Sequence record: MT533174.1
DNA: 64,000 nucleotides
From: Escherichia phage CJ20
Reading direction: 5' to 3' (one strand)
The notes under the pieces are model-generated. The model saw only the letters and a list, made by a program, of their open reading frames with translations. It had not been told where the DNA came from and searched no databases. Positions 8,031-18,914 of the stretch are shown here, piece by piece (within the stretch, counting starts at the first letter, position 1; the number at the start of each line of letters is the position of its first letter). Position numbers and translations under genes: made by a program.

Positions 8031-9563
8031 ATGATTTTAGATATTTTAAATGAAATTGCTGCAACCGATTCCACTAAAGAGAAACAAGCTATCCTGGAAT
8101 CATATTCTGACAATGAAACCCTTAAACGCGTGTATCGTTTGACATATTCCAAAGGCATCCAGTTCTATATTAAGAAATGGCCAAAACCTGGGACAACGAC
8201 TCAAAGCTTTGGTATGCTGAATATCGATGATATGCTTGACTTTATCGAATTCACATTAGCCTCTCGTAAATTAACAGGTAATGCTGCAATCGAGGAATTA
8301 TCTGGCTATATTGCTGATGGTAAAAAGGCTGATGTTGAAGTCCTGCGGCGTGTTATGATGCGTGACCTGGAATGTGGGGCATCCGTATCAATTGCAAATA
8401 AGGTTTGGAAAGGTTTAATTCCTGAACAACCGCAGATGCTCGCTTCTTCCTATGATGAAGCCGGTATTGCCAAGAACATTAAGTTCCCGGCCTTTGCGCA
8501 ATTGAAAGCCGACGGCGCTCGGTGTTTTGCAGAAGTTCGTGGCGATGAGTTGGATGATGTTCGATTGTTATCCCGAGCTGGCAACGAATACCTCAAGCTT
8601 GACCTTCTTAAAAAGGAATTGATTGAAGCTACCCGTGAAGCGCGTGAGAGACATCCTGAGGGCGTTTTGATTGACGGTGAGTTAGTATATCATGAACAGA
8701 AAATAGCTCCCCAGAATGACGGTTTGGGCTTCCTTTTTGACGATTCAGATGAGATTGCCCCTGCACAAGAAACTGCGGAATCAAGAACCTTTTCAAATGG
8801 TCTGGCAAACAAATCATTGAAAGGAACTATTTCGGCAGCAGAAGCTTCTTGCATGAAATTCCAGGTTTGGGATTATGTTCCGCTGATTGAAGTCTATTCT
8901 GATGTTAAGATTCTCAATCCGTTGAAATACGATGTGCGTTTTGCTGTTCTGGAAAAAATGATTGCAGATAACGTGGTGCTGCATGGTTTTGACCGCATGA
9001 TTCTGATTGAAAACCATGTTGTTAACAATCTCGATGAAGCGAAGGTTATCTATAAGAAATATGTGGATGAAGGTCTTGAAGGTATTATCCTTAAGAACAT
9101 GGCATCGATTTGGGAAAACAAGCGCTCAAAGAACTTGTACAAGTTCAAAGAAGTAATTGACATTGCAATGGAAATCATTGGATATTACGAGCACGATAAA
9201 GACCCGGATAAGATTGGCGGTGTTGTGCTTCGTTCTTCTTGTGGTAAGATTACAAATAACTGTGGTTCTGGGTTTAAAGACACAACTCAAGTTAAAGATA
9301 AGAAAACCAAAAAATGGGTTACTATTCCGATTGAGGAGCGTCATGAAATGGACCGTGAAGCCTTGATGGTTAAAGCTCGTAAAGGTGAATTGGTTGGAAT
9401 GATTGCTGACTGTGAATGTAATGGTTGGTTGACTTCCGAAACTCGTAAAGATAATACGGTTGCATTGTTCCTGCCGATTATCAAAGGGTTCCGTTTCGAT
9501 AAAGACCATGCAGACACATTCGAAGATGTATTTGGCGACTGGGCAAAGACCGGGTTAAAATAA
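8031..9563 (+). CDS. 30: ATP-dependent DNA ligase
   Basis: High similarity to recalled T4 DNA ligase (MILxILNEIA...KFPAFAQLKADGARCFAEVRGDELDDVRLLSRAGNEY...LEGIILKN); track start 8025 is GTG, ATG at 8031 matches the T4 N-terminus; SD AGAGG. Confidence 0.93.
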   Translation: MILDILNEIAATDSTKEKQAILESYSDNETLKRVYRLTYSKGIQFYIKKWPKPGTTTQSFGMLNIDDMLDFIEFTLASRKLTGNAAIEELSGYIADGKKADVEVLRRVMMRDLECGASVSIANKVWKGLIPEQPQMLASSYDEAGIAKNIKFPAFAQLKADGARCFAEVRGDELDDVRLLSRAGNEYLKLDLLKKELIEATREARERHPEGVLIDGELVYHEQKIAPQNDGLGFLFDDSDEIAPAQETAESRTFSNGLANKSLKGTISAAEASCMKFQVWDYVPLIEVYSDVKILNPLKYDVRFAVLEKMIADNVVLHGFDRMILIENHVVNNLDEAKVIYKKYVDEGLEGIILKNMASIWENKRSKNLYKFKEVIDIAMEIIGYYEHDKDPDKIGGVVLRSSCGKITNNCGSGFKDTTQVKDKKTKKWVTIPIEERHEMDREALMVKARKGELVGMIADCECNGWLTSETRKDNTVALFLPIIKGFRFDKDHADTFEDVFGDWAKTGLK

Positions 9564-9566
9564 CAA

Positions 9567-9586
9567 AGGGCTTCGGCCCTTTTTAG
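9567..9586 (+). terminator. Rho-independent terminator after DNA ligase (GGGCttcgGCCC + T-run)
   Basis: Hairpin then TTTTT. Confidence 0.6.
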
Positions 9587-9587
9587 T

Positions 9588-9595
9588 ATAAATAC
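9588..9595 (+). promoter_or_regulatory. Late promoter core TATAAATA upstream of alt
   Basis: Exact octamer 25 nt upstream of alt ATG, right after ligase terminator. Confidence 0.5.
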
Positions 9596-9619
9596 ATCAT
9601 ATTTTATAAGGAACCTATT

Positions 9620-11680
9620 ATGTCTGAACAATTAAATGAACTCTTTGACAAATATATCGAAGCCTTCGGTTATCCTGTCATTAATATGAACCCAAAATAC
9701 AAGGTCCCACAGGTTTGGCAATTCGGTGTTCCTGGGACCAATTCTCTTATGGCTCGTTTGATGCAATTCACGGGCAAAGAAACAGTTAAACAGTATAAAC
9801 GCGGTGATGCAATTGCCGAGGTATTCCTGCTCTCCGGGACTTCACATGGCCATGCTGTTCCTCTGAAGGGTGGTCTAGGTGAAAAACCTCTTGATGCAAT
9901 TAACCTGATTTTTGTTACAGTGTGGGAAAGCATTAAACTGGGCAAACCTGATGTAGTCTTGTTCCGTTTCCCATCCAAAAAGATGAAAGGACAAGACCAA
10001 GCTGTTATTCGTATTATGAATCGACTGATTCAAATGAAAACCAGCGGGCGTTATCATGTTCTTCCGAATGCTTCTGGCCTCGGTAAAAAGAACGCTTATG
10101 TAATTATGTACAAAAAGGGTGTTGACCTGCTTTCGGTTGATGGTATGCCACCAGTCCCTGAGAAATATCAAAAAGTTGAAACTAAAGTTGGCGATGTATT
10201 CACCAATAAAGATACAGGTGCTCAAGTCTCCAAACAAGAAATCGCAGCCGAAGTTCTGATTGACGCAGCAAACAAAAAGACCGACGCTGCTGTTGCCCAG
10301 AAAACTAAAATCAGTCGCCGAGCTATTGCACAAGCCCAGTACGCACCAAGTGATTCCGTGCCAGAAGGTTGGGACGAAATTGATGCAGAAGCTGCTAAGT
10401 TTAGTCGACCGGCTACGGCAGAACTTATCGATGATTATGAAGAACTGGAAATTTTTGTTCGACCTTCCGAAACGAATACTATGGCTCGTATGCGCGCAGC
10501 AGATGAGGCTATGCGAGCAAATGGTGTTTGGAAAGAAGAAATTCGTGTTGAAGACTCTGACCCAATTTTTAACCGTATGCATCGTGAACTTAAACGTGCC
10601 CCTGTTGGCAGTATGAAGCAGATGCAGATTTTTGCCGAATCATGTGCCGAGATTCTTAACCTTCGCAAAGCTGCATTTATCGAAAGAAAAATGAATGATG
10701 CTCCTCCTAACCTGGATGCAGCCACTTATGCAGCCTCGCTCTGGGAAAAAGAATACACAAGCGCCATTCGTGTTGCAGTTAAAGACTTTGCCGAAGAAGC
10801 ATCAGAAAACACTCTTAATTTCACAGCAGGGTATACTGACAACCGTTTCCATTATGGCCAGCGAGAAGCAATTGCAGATTATTGTGGAGCAAACTATGCT
10901 GATATTAATAATTATTTGATGGGCAAATATTATGAAGAAGAAGCTGAATTCCTAAATCTAGACAGAGTTGTCGAAACAATTAAGGAATTGGATTCGGCCT
11001 TTGAAATTGGACATAAGTTGCCGCCTAATACAACTCTTTGGCGTGGTCAATATTTAAATGTTCCTACATTTGATAAAATTAAGCAATCGAAATTATTTTA
11101 TTTCAGGAACTATGTATCAACGTCGTTTAAACCGATTATCTTTGGTGGTTGGGTGGCGAACGTTGCTATGGCTGCAGTTCATCAGGACTATCGTGATGGG
11201 ACATCTTTCCAGGCTGATGACGAAATTGTTTTACCAGATATGCCGGATGCACGCCGCGACCACGTAATGATGCATGTTGGTTGGAAAATTTCTGGGGCGG
11301 ACTTAATTAACGTAATTGTTCCTGGGGAATTGTCAGGCAACCCATCCGAGCAGGAAGTTATTCTTCCGCGTGGAACTGTAGTTAAGATTACCAAAATTAC
11401 TGATGCTTCGTATCAAGGAAACGCGAACGTCAAAATGCTGGAAGCTGATATCCAGACTACGGACCAACTGGATGAAAATGCAGTTATCTATGATGGTGAT
11501 GTGTTGATGGAAACTGGTGAGCTTGTCGTTTATCAGGGCAAGGAAACAGAAGAGCCAGCAGAATCTGTTGACTTTGCATCGTTTGCATCCTCTGGGGTAA
11601 CGAAGAAAGTCAATCAAGGTCTTGGTATTCTTGCTAGTTGTATTAATTTGGAAGCTATTCCTCCTAAATTCCTTTCGTAG
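9620..11680 (+). CDS. alt: Alt-like ADP-ribosyltransferase (virion-packaged)
   Basis: 686 aa; blocks recalled from T4 Alt (KVGDVxxNKDTGAQV, KISRRAIAQ, FYFRNxVSTS, EVILPRG, YDGDxLMETGELV, VDFASF); TATAAATA late promoter at 9588-9595. Confidence 0.88.
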   Translation: MSEQLNELFDKYIEAFGYPVINMNPKYKVPQVWQFGVPGTNSLMARLMQFTGKETVKQYKRGDAIAEVFLLSGTSHGHAVPLKGGLGEKPLDAINLIFVTVWESIKLGKPDVVLFRFPSKKMKGQDQAVIRIMNRLIQMKTSGRYHVLPNASGLGKKNAYVIMYKKGVDLLSVDGMPPVPEKYQKVETKVGDVFTNKDTGAQVSKQEIAAEVLIDAANKKTDAAVAQKTKISRRAIAQAQYAPSDSVPEGWDEIDAEAAKFSRPATAELIDDYEELEIFVRPSETNTMARMRAADEAMRANGVWKEEIRVEDSDPIFNRMHRELKRAPVGSMKQMQIFAESCAEILNLRKAAFIERKMNDAPPNLDAATYAASLWEKEYTSAIRVAVKDFAEEASENTLNFTAGYTDNRFHYGQREAIADYCGANYADINNYLMGKYYEEEAEFLNLDRVVETIKELDSAFEIGHKLPPNTTLWRGQYLNVPTFDKIKQSKLFYFRNYVSTSFKPIIFGGWVANVAMAAVHQDYRDGTSFQADDEIVLPDMPDARRDHVMMHVGWKISGADLINVIVPGELSGNPSEQEVILPRGTVVKITKITDASYQGNANVKMLEADIQTTDQLDENAVIYDGDVLMETGELVVYQGKETEEPAESVDFASFASSGVTKKVNQGLGILASCINLEAIPPKFLS

Positions 11681-11683
11681 GGG

Positions 11684-11711
11684 TTTACAAGCACAAGGAA
11701 GTGCGATACAA
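11684..11711 (+). promoter_or_regulatory. Early-type promoter (GTTTACA ... TACAAT)
   Basis: Motif upstream of ORF 11744. Confidence 0.4.
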
Positions 11712-11743
11712 TGTTCATATCAATTGCACATGAGGAAAATAAA

Positions 11744-12034
11744 ATGAAATCATCTTTTCGCTTTAATGGTCAGGAACTGGTAGTTGAGAATGTTATCCCG
11801 GCTTCAGAAGAGTTTGACAGCGCGGTGGGTAATGAACTGCGGCGCGTGTTTGGCGAAGATAAGAAGTTTGACCTTCGCCCTGTTGAAAACTTTGTAAATT
11901 CTGAACAAACAGAAAATATTTTTAATGGTGTAGTAACTGGGCAACTTGAATCTGAAGCACCAATTGCAATTACAGTATTTGTTAAGAAAGAAGCTGTCAT
12001 GACTGCAACAGGTTTCATTTCATTCCGCAAATAA
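11744..12034 (+). CDS. Hypothetical protein (alt-adjacent)
   Basis: ATG 11744 with SD GAGGA; early promoter-like GTTTACA at 11684; terminator follows. Confidence 0.5.
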   Translation: MKSSFRFNGQELVVENVIPASEEFDSAVGNELRRVFGEDKKFDLRPVENFVNSEQTENIFNGVVTGQLESEAPIAITVFVKKEAVMTATGFISFRK

Positions 12035-12065
12035 AAAAGGGACCTTCGGGTCCCTTTCTTTTTAT
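12034..12065. terminator. Bidirectional terminator between convergent ORF 11744 (+) and gp54 (-)
   Basis: AAAAAAGGGACCttcgGGTCCCTTTCTTTTT; A-run and T-run flank the stem. Confidence 0.65.
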
Positions 12066-12073
12066 AATATACG

Positions 12074-13006
12074 TTAACTTCTCCCAGAACCAGTAAACGT
12101 ATTGTATAGACTTGTTAATCCAGATTGAGCACCAGACAAGCGACTCAATTTGGCAACTTCTGCGTTCAAGTTGTTATCTGAACTAATACCAGATACACCT
12201 TTAATAACCTTATCTTCCAACCATTCCAATGCAGCAGCTCTTCCCACCGCACCAGTTGACATAACGCGATAAGCAAAAGTTACATCAAATGTAGCTATCT
12301 GATTATCCCCTTCATAGCTCAATTCAGGCGCTGATACACTTACAGGAACACAACCGGTTAACATAACAACCGTATGTGGTAACCCATTACGCGAATGAAG
12401 GTTAACCTGAATATCAGCTTCAACGTCTTCAGGCAAAGCCCTTAGTTGGGTAACTGGGTCCTGTACAGAGTTAACCCAATCGTTAAATGCTCTGAAGTTC
12501 CCCGCCTCTGAATCCATTCTAAAGCTCAATACCAACGGAGAATATTCTCTCCCTGTTATCTTGATATTTGGCGCATTATGGTTAAGGTCCATTTCGTAGT
12601 TCAATGTGTTATCCGGAAGCTTAACAGAGTGAACTAATAGACCAGCCGTTGGATAAGCCATATTAAAGAAATCAAGCAGGTAAGTACCAACCTCAAATTC
12701 CCCTAATAATGATTGCACAACACGGTTACTCATTGCACCGATAAGATATTTGCTTATCCCTGATTTACGAATAAGCTTTTGTGTTCCGGCAGTAACAAGA
12801 GTTGTTATCCCTTGAGTTAAGTCACCTTGTGTTAATCCGAACCAATCTGAGTTAACAGGAAGGTTGCTGAATAATGCGCCACCAAACTGGTCCAGAAGAT
12901 TCTGAGATTTAGAGGAAGGTGCGGTCGCGAAGACCACACTAAAAAGGTTATTCCTTTGCAAGTCGATATTAATCGCTTGTGTTTGAAATTCTTGTAAAGT
13001 AAACAT
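12074..13006 (-). CDS. 54: Baseplate tail-tube initiator
   Basis: 310 aa, size and position match T4 gp54; ATG overlaps gp48 stop. Confidence 0.8.
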   Translation of the reverse strand: MFTLQEFQTQAINIDLQRNNLFSVVFATAPSSKSQNLLDQFGGALFSNLPVNSDWFGLTQGDLTQGITTLVTAGTQKLIRKSGISKYLIGAMSNRVVQSLLGEFEVGTYLLDFFNMAYPTAGLLVHSVKLPDNTLNYEMDLNHNAPNIKITGREYSPLVLSFRMDSEAGNFRAFNDWVNSVQDPVTQLRALPEDVEADIQVNLHSRNGLPHTVVMLTGCVPVSVSAPELSYEGDNQIATFDVTFAYRVMSTGAVGRAAALEWLEDKVIKGVSGISSDNNLNAEVAKLSRLSGAQSGLTSLYNTFTGSGRS

Positions 13007-14100
13007 TAGAAACCTTCCGCATATAATGAGCCACGGTTAAGCGTAATGATTTCACGGAAAGTGATTTCAAGTACAAAAGTCGATGGCAGGTTAGGAGCAA
13101 TAGCCAATCCACCGAAATGACCATCTGGGGATTTATCGAATCTTATGCTCTGAATCTGACACGGCCCAAATAGCTCCCCGCGACCATCATACGAGCTTGT
13201 ATCGCCAAAGTTGCGGATATACCAAATGGTAGGGTTAGAGACCACCAGAACGTTCGTTAGGAAGCTTGTTATCTCTTCACCGAGCAACTTGCCGTCAAAG
13301 TTATCGATTGCTTCCTTTTTGAAGGTGGATTTATACCATGTATCGATTTTTTCTTTCAGCTCGGAAGCAAACGAACTTTTACCAGTTTCCCCATAGGAGT
13401 AATAGTTAAAAATCTCGTATATCTTCACTATCTGGATTAAGTCCTGGGCTGAACGTGGTGTCATTTCCCATGTGTAAACTTTTGTCCTGTTATCCGGGCC
13501 AGCGTACATGCTTCTTGCCGTTGTGTAAATCTGTTCACCGTGGTCGGCCATTACACCGTTTGTAACTGATTCGAGTGCGCCGAAAACTGCAGTCGATGCA
13601 ATGTTACTAAGAATGCCAGTAGCTGAGCCACCACCTTTCGTAATAAGAGACTCACCAACATCGTTGAATCGATGCGATACGGATTCTACATCAGACTTCG
13701 AACGAGGCAACAGGATATTTGCAACAGCGTTCGAATCAAAACTTTTACCTGTTGAACCGGCTCCGGTTAATTTTGATTTAGCAAAAGATGTTAAACTTTT
13801 AACCGGGTTAAATGAAGCACCGTTGGAAACTTTCTTTAATGAAGTCAATTGGCTTGACCTGTCTGAGCGTAATTCCGGAGATGTTCTTGAACTGAAATTG
13901 TATGCCGTGAATAACAGACCATTTTTATAAAGGTCATTAACTCGCATATCATCTGAAGAATCATTACCGGAAGCTCGTTCTGCTGGATATTGCGCCACAA
14001 TAGTAGCTTGAGTCTGGGCAGCTTTTGACTGCCCAGCGGAGGTCTTAGAACCTCCGTTAAATAAACCCGCAATATCAATATCGAGTTCTTTTACTTTCAT
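13006..14100 (-). CDS. 48: Baseplate tail-tube cap protein
   Basis: 364 aa (same length as T4 gp48), conserved synteny 29-48-54. Confidence 0.8.
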   Translation of the reverse strand: MKVKELDIDIAGLFNGGSKTSAGQSKAAQTQATIVAQYPAERASGNDSSDDMRVNDLYKNGLLFTAYNFSSRTSPELRSDRSSQLTSLKKVSNGASFNPVKSLTSFAKSKLTGAGSTGKSFDSNAVANILLPRSKSDVESVSHRFNDVGESLITKGGGSATGILSNIASTAVFGALESVTNGVMADHGEQIYTTARSMYAGPDNRTKVYTWEMTPRSAQDLIQIVKIYEIFNYYSYGETGKSSFASELKEKIDTWYKSTFKKEAIDNFDGKLLGEEITSFLTNVLVVSNPTIWYIRNFGDTSSYDGRGELFGPCQIQSIRFDKSPDGHFGGLAIAPNLPSTFVLEITFREIITLNRGSLYAEGF

Positions 14101-14108
14101 GTTATTCC

Positions 14109-15854
14109 TTAGTTAATTCTCGTGGCCTGTCTCATGCCAGGGGCAGGGGTTGAACTTTGAGGAGGCATATTGTATTGCGTCCTGGAAGTCTTCTGAATAT
14201 TATTGACCGTGTTAATTTGTGCCTGAGCCGGTGCATCCTTGTATTTATTTTCTTTGGCCTTCATGCCTTCGTCAACCTTCGCAGCTTGTTGTGCATCCGG
14301 AGAAGTCTTAACATCCGGCGGTTTAACTTTCGGTTCGTCTTTGAACTTCTCAAGAGACTTATCAAGTTTTTCCAACAGGGCGCGCATATTCAGGTCTTTC
14401 GGAGCTCCACCTTTTGCCATAGCAGGGTCAGCTAATTGTTTTTCAATGTTAGCTCTCATTTCCAGCGCATTCTTTTTATCGGTTGCGTCTGGCTTCATTA
14501 GATTGTCGGCAGTTTGGGTCAAACGAATAATATCAGCCTGTGCTTTGTCACGCTTCTTGAAATAGTCCAGACGTTCTTCTTCCGGAAGGTCTCTGAAGCT
14601 TGTGTCAATACCGCCTGCGCGAAGTTGGTCAGCTTGTTCCTTGGTAAGATTACCATATTTTTCGGCTTGATTAATTAGTTCAGGTTTATCCTTATACTTC
14701 TTATTCATCTTCTCTGCAGCTTCCATTGCTTCAGCCGAACGTTTGTCATGATATTTTGCTATCTTGGTTTGGTCTTCATCATCCAGAGTTGCCCCTGTAT
14801 TTTGCTGATAAGACATCAAAGCCGAGGCTTCCACATTATCGGCTAAATCGCCCATCCCAGGGATTTTGCTTAAGATAGCTGAAATCAGTTTCGAAATCCC
14901 AAGCATAAGAAGTTGAGCCATGTTCTTCGTTAAGTTGACCATCCCACGGATAATAGCTTCAGCTAATCCCAACCAATTCTTTTGACTAAACATCGCTTCG
15001 GCGTTCTTAGCCCAGGTCATTAGTCCTTCGAGCAACGGGCCCCATTCTTTGAACTTATTATTAAATTCAACCCATCCTTTTTCGAATTGCTTCATGAAAT
15101 ATTGGAAGTAAACTCGTATCGCATCGATACCGAATACCAACAACAATAATCCACCAATAAGCTTGGCTGCTTCGGCTGCTGCCGTAATTGTATATTTGAA
15201 CAGCATCCCGGAGATTCGGTCAGCTACAGAAATCGATGCCTTAAATCCTTTTTCGGTTATCTTCGAAAGGGTATCAAGCTTATCGCCGAGAGACCAAGTG
15301 TTAGTCTCTTTACCTTCTGCATCATTCTTTGGCTGCTCCGGTTCCGGTATGAAGTCTGCCTCTGGCTTTTGTTCTTCAGGCGGTATGAGCGCCGGAACGC
15401 TCGCTGTGGGCTTATTCTCTTCAGGCTCTGGTAATGCATCCTCAACGGGTTTAAGGCTTTCAGAACCAGCCACAGGAGACGTGACGCCTATTTTACCGCT
15501 TATCATTGCGCTGAGTTTGTCGAGCTTATCTGAGAGAATATCCGTAAGGTTTTTAATCCCTTGTTGAGTCTTCTCGGTGGCTTCGGCCGTCAGTTCGACC
15601 CCAGCACTGATATCCTGGAGAACTCCATTATTGGTTTGGATATTCTCTATAATCTGATTACCCTTATCCTCAATAGCTTCCGATACAAGTTCGGTCGCAG
15701 CCTGAGTATTTGTAAGAGTCGTATTCAGATTCGATAGTTCATCATTCTGTTCAGCAGAGAGGGCTTCCGCCCTCCTTTGTGGTGCTAATTCTTCGATAAG
15801 CTTTTTATTCGGTCCACCACGTCTGAAGCTCGTTTGTTCGGAGTTCTTATTCAT
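14109..15854 (-). CDS. 29: Baseplate hub / tail length tape-measure protein
   Basis: 581 aa, coiled-coil-rich, position between 28 and 48. Confidence 0.78.
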   Translation of the reverse strand: MNKNSEQTSFRRGGPNKKLIEELAPQRRAEALSAEQNDELSNLNTTLTNTQAATELVSEAIEDKGNQIIENIQTNNGVLQDISAGVELTAEATEKTQQGIKNLTDILSDKLDKLSAMISGKIGVTSPVAGSESLKPVEDALPEPEENKPTASVPALIPPEEQKPEADFIPEPEQPKNDAEGKETNTWSLGDKLDTLSKITEKGFKASISVADRISGMLFKYTITAAAEAAKLIGGLLLLVFGIDAIRVYFQYFMKQFEKGWVEFNNKFKEWGPLLEGLMTWAKNAEAMFSQKNWLGLAEAIIRGMVNLTKNMAQLLMLGISKLISAILSKIPGMGDLADNVEASALMSYQQNTGATLDDEDQTKIAKYHDKRSAEAMEAAEKMNKKYKDKPELINQAEKYGNLTKEQADQLRAGGIDTSFRDLPEEERLDYFKKRDKAQADIIRLTQTADNLMKPDATDKKNALEMRANIEKQLADPAMAKGGAPKDLNMRALLEKLDKSLEKFKDEPKVKPPDVKTSPDAQQAAKVDEGMKAKENKYKDAPAQAQINTVNNIQKTSRTQYNMPPQSSTPAPGMRQATRIN

Positions 15855-16407
15855 TTAGGAGTTCCATTATTTTCAGTAACCCCTTAACAGGACCATTCGG
15901 GCCCGGGATTGCTAATGTGCTTGTGATATCGTCTGCCCACTTAGCAACAAAAGCAGGCATATCCAGAAAGTCTGGAACATCTTCCCCGAGATAAAGGGTC
16001 TCCAGGAGATTGTCAACTGGTCCGAATTCTTCATACGGTTTATTGGAGCGGAATTTAAATGTCTTTCCTTGATAAGAGAATTCAAGGCGCTGACAGATAT
16101 AAACATCATCCAGCTTATATGTAAATCCATTAATCTCGCGTTTGTCTTTTAGCTTACCATTGAATTCCAGAAGATGTAAAGATACAAAGTCGGATTCGGC
16201 TGCTGTAAGATTAGGGAATATCGATTGCATAATCTTTCTTAATGCAACATAAGGATTAGGTTCGTTTTTAATCAGATTGTGATGCTTGAGTCCAAGCTTG
16301 GGCACATGAATCTCTTTATCACCCAGCTGTATTTTCTTCGTCGGCAGAATCAGTTTTAAGTTCATTTTTAACCTTCGGTGGTTCTTCAACTTCGATAGGC
16401 TTACCAT
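15847..16407 (-). CDS. 28: Baseplate hub distal subunit
   Basis: 186-aa ORF between gp27 and gp29; true start may be an internal ATG. Confidence 0.65.
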   Translation of the reverse strand: MVSLSKLKNHRRLKMNLKLILPTKKIQLGDKEIHVPKLGLKHHNLIKNEPNPYVALRKIMQSIFPNLTAAESDFVSLHLLEFNGKLKDKREINGFTYKLDDVYICQRLEFSYQGKTFKFRSNKPYEEFGPVDNLLETLYLGEDVPDFLDMPAFVAKWADDITSTLAIPGPNGPVKGLLKIMELLNE

Positions 16408-17488
16408 TGGTAAACATATAGAGGTTTGTAATTGATGTATTGTTACTCACTTCATGAATAACTTCGTCTACGTAAAAATCATATTTGAATTGGTTCTTCG
16501 GGTCATAGAAATTTATCTTATCACCCGGGGTTAATTCAAAGTTCCCGTATGTTTTGCAGTGCGCGTAACCATCATATTGAGACATGGTTATTAATCGTTG
16601 TGCTTCCTCGAAACCATTTCGGTATGTGTAATCTGCATAGCCCCCGGAACGAGATACCAGAATGCTGTTTTGTCCTTCCCCAAAAGTTATTCTGGTTGCG
16701 TTCTTATCAAGGAATGAATGCGCGTACACGGTTGCGTTTTCATATGGTTTTCTTGTATGTTGGTTTGCTTTTGTTAACCATTCAAAATCGAAGGCTAACG
16801 GAGTCTCGAGGTTTTGTACAAACTGACCAACCAATCGAGGTTCACCCACCACAAAATTAATCGGCTCTTGTGTGGTTAACCATTCATAATCCTGAATACT
16901 TATGCCATCGATATCTTCCCATACAAATACAAATTTATCAGACTCAACCGCAAGACCTACTTCCCTTATGAATTCCATATATTGGTTCATCGAATCACAC
17001 CATGGAACATTAGGAGCATAAACGTTTATGCCGTTTATCGGAGGAGCAAGTAATGGTCGGTCCTGATAAATTACCCCGGTCATTTCTACTAATGTTTCTT
17101 GTACACTCGGGTAAAACATACGACTAAATTTCAGGTCTTCAATTTCGTGAATAGGCGCCAGTTGAATTGTAATTATGTTATCACCCTTTGAATCCACAGA
17201 AACTGCAAAGTGTTTGCTTCCATATATTCTGGATTGAGTTCGGTCAGAGTTGGCATTCTTAACGGAGACCTGAATAATTTGTTCACCGTTCATTTTTGTA
17301 TGTAAGTTCTTTGTGTCGTAGAATTGCAACAGACCTTCATTTCTTCCGTAAAGAGAATCACGCATGGTCATAGTTGTAAATGTCGCAGCCAGTTCTACAA
17401 AACGGTGTTCGAGCCAGGCATCATAATCTTCGTAAAGGCGTATGCTGATATTAGGAAAGCCTTCACGCTGCATAGATTTAGCTGTCAT
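16319..17488 (-). CDS. 27: Baseplate hub subunit
   Basis: 389 aa; similarity to recalled T4 gp27 ([24 protein letters not shown], [13 protein letters not shown]). Confidence 0.88.
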   Translation of the reverse strand: MTAKSMQREGFPNISIRLYEDYDAWLEHRFVELAATFTTMTMRDSLYGRNEGLLQFYDTKNLHTKMNGEQIIQVSVKNANSDRTQSRIYGSKHFAVSVDSKGDNIITIQLAPIHEIEDLKFSRMFYPSVQETLVEMTGVIYQDRPLLAPPINGINVYAPNVPWCDSMNQYMEFIREVGLAVESDKFVFVWEDIDGISIQDYEWLTTQEPINFVVGEPRLVGQFVQNLETPLAFDFEWLTKANQHTRKPYENATVYAHSFLDKNATRITFGEGQNSILVSRSGGYADYTYRNGFEEAQRLITMSQYDGYAHCKTYGNFELTPGDKINFYDPKNQFKYDFYVDEVIHEVSNNTSITNLYMFTNGKPIEVEEPPKVKNELKTDSADEENTAG

Positions 17489-18237
17489 TTCTTCAAGTCC
17501 TTCTCAACTAACGATAAAGCAATACCTCGTTCGATGGGAATCATATGCATGATGCTATCGAGCGTATATTGGTTCTTTACCAGCAAGTGGTTAATTTGAT
17601 AAAATACAAAGACTTCATCCGGGTTAAGGATAAGCTTAAAGACATCAATCAAGTCTGTATATTCGGTTTTGTGTTTTTCGCAGCAACCATATGTAAATGG
17701 AATATAAACTGAATGCATTTTCTTAAGGAGCTCTTCGAGACTCTCTATATCAATTGCATCAATAACCTGCATCTTCGTTTCTTCAGGAAGGTCTTCCCAA
17801 TTGTACTTTTGTTCTGAGTCTTCGACAGTCTGGATGGTGTTTAGAACAAGCTCCGACTTATCTTTATATTCCACTTCAGGGAACTTAAATTGTATTTTTA
17901 TCCCTGCAGTTTCCATTGTCGGATTTATCAATGGACCTTGACTCATATTAAACAAAGTCTGCTTTGTCTTTTTACATTTTTGACATTCGAACGCTACCGG
18001 GACTTTTGTCTTACCGATAGAGGAAGTGAATACCTTCAGGAATATATAAGGTCTCCATGCTTTCGGATACTCTCCAAAATAATCTTCCAACAGTTCGTCT
18101 AATAATTGTTTTTGTTCTTCGACGGATTTGTTGTTCATGTCGTTCCGCACAAGCAGTAAATCACGGTAATCAGCGACTGTAAACGGTTTGAAACGATGAA
18201 CTCCGTCTGGCATTTCACATCTTACGATATTGGCCAT
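17485..18237 (-). CDS. 51: Baseplate hub assembly catalyst
   Basis: 250 aa, position and size as T4 gp51; TATAAATA on - strand at 18262-18269. Confidence 0.72.
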   Translation of the reverse strand: MANIVRCEMPDGVHRFKPFTVADYRDLLLVRNDMNNKSVEEQKQLLDELLEDYFGEYPKAWRPYIFLKVFTSSIGKTKVPVAFECQKCKKTKQTLFNMSQGPLINPTMETAGIKIQFKFPEVEYKDKSELVLNTIQTVEDSEQKYNWEDLPEETKMQVIDAIDIESLEELLKKMHSVYIPFTYGCCEKHKTEYTDLIDVFKLILNPDEVFVFYQINHLLVKNQYTLDSIMHMIPIERGIALSLVEKDLKK

Positions 18238-18261
18238 AGAATCCCCTTTTATCTTTATTGA

Positions 18262-18273
18262 TATTTATAAATA
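18262..18273. promoter_or_regulatory. Overlapping divergent late promoters (TATTTATAAATA) for gp51 (-) and gp26 (+)
   Basis: TATAAATA reads on + at 18266-18273 and on - at 18262-18269. Confidence 0.5.
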
Positions 18274-18290
18274 CAGTAAAGGAGCAAATT

Positions 18291-18914
18291 ATGACTTATG
18301 AATTTATTGTCCAAATTAAAAATAAAACTATAAATTGTAGGGCTTTTACCTTGCGCGAATACAAAGATTTGCTTCAGGCAAAATTAGAAAAGCGTATGGA
18401 ACCTGCAATAATTGAACTGCTTAATAAATGCACTGATGCTAAAGGGTTAAACAAACAGGAAGCTGAACTGCTTCTTATTAATCTCTGGGCAAATAGTCTC
18501 GGAGCTGTTAATGTCGAGCATACATGGGTATGCGAGTGTGGAAAGGAACAAGATATTCCTGTGACTATAAGTCGCGCAAGCATCGTGGATGAGTCTGAAG
18601 TTATTCGTGATTTCGGGGCGTTTAAAATTAAATTCCGTTATCCTGGACTGTTTGAAGATGGCGATAAAGGAAAAATGATTGCTTGTTGTATCGAATATAT
18701 TATCACGGAAGGCGGCGAGCGCATCGTTGTTGATGACTTAAATGAAGCCGAAATCGAGGACCTGTACAATGCAATTACCCTCGATGATATAAATGCACTA
18801 ACGGAAGAACTTCTCAAGCCACAGGTCCAAATGGCTATTCCTATCTCTTGCGAGTGTGGAGCGCATTCTGTCCATGTAATTAAGGGGCTTAAAGAATTCT
18901 TTAAGTTTATGTAA
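18291..18914 (+). CDS. 26: Baseplate hub subunit
   Basis: 207 aa from ATG 18291 (SD AAGGAG); late promoter TATAAATA 18266-18273; divergent from gp51 as in T4. Confidence 0.72.
   Translation: MTYEFIVQIKNKTINCRAFTLREYKDLLQAKLEKRMEPAIIELLNKCTDAKGLNKQEAELLLINLWANSLGAVNVEHTWVCECGKEQDIPVTISRASIVDESEVIRDFGAFKIKFRYPGLFEDGDKGKMIACCIEYIITEGGERIVVDDLNEAEIEDLYNAITLDDINALTEELLKPQVQMAIPISCECGAHSVHVIKGLKEFFKFM

Noticed and set aside
9875-10582. 235-aa ORF on the - strand inside alt
   Set aside because: Lies wholly within the well-supported alt coding region on the opposite strand; no start context or promoter; typical shadow ORF
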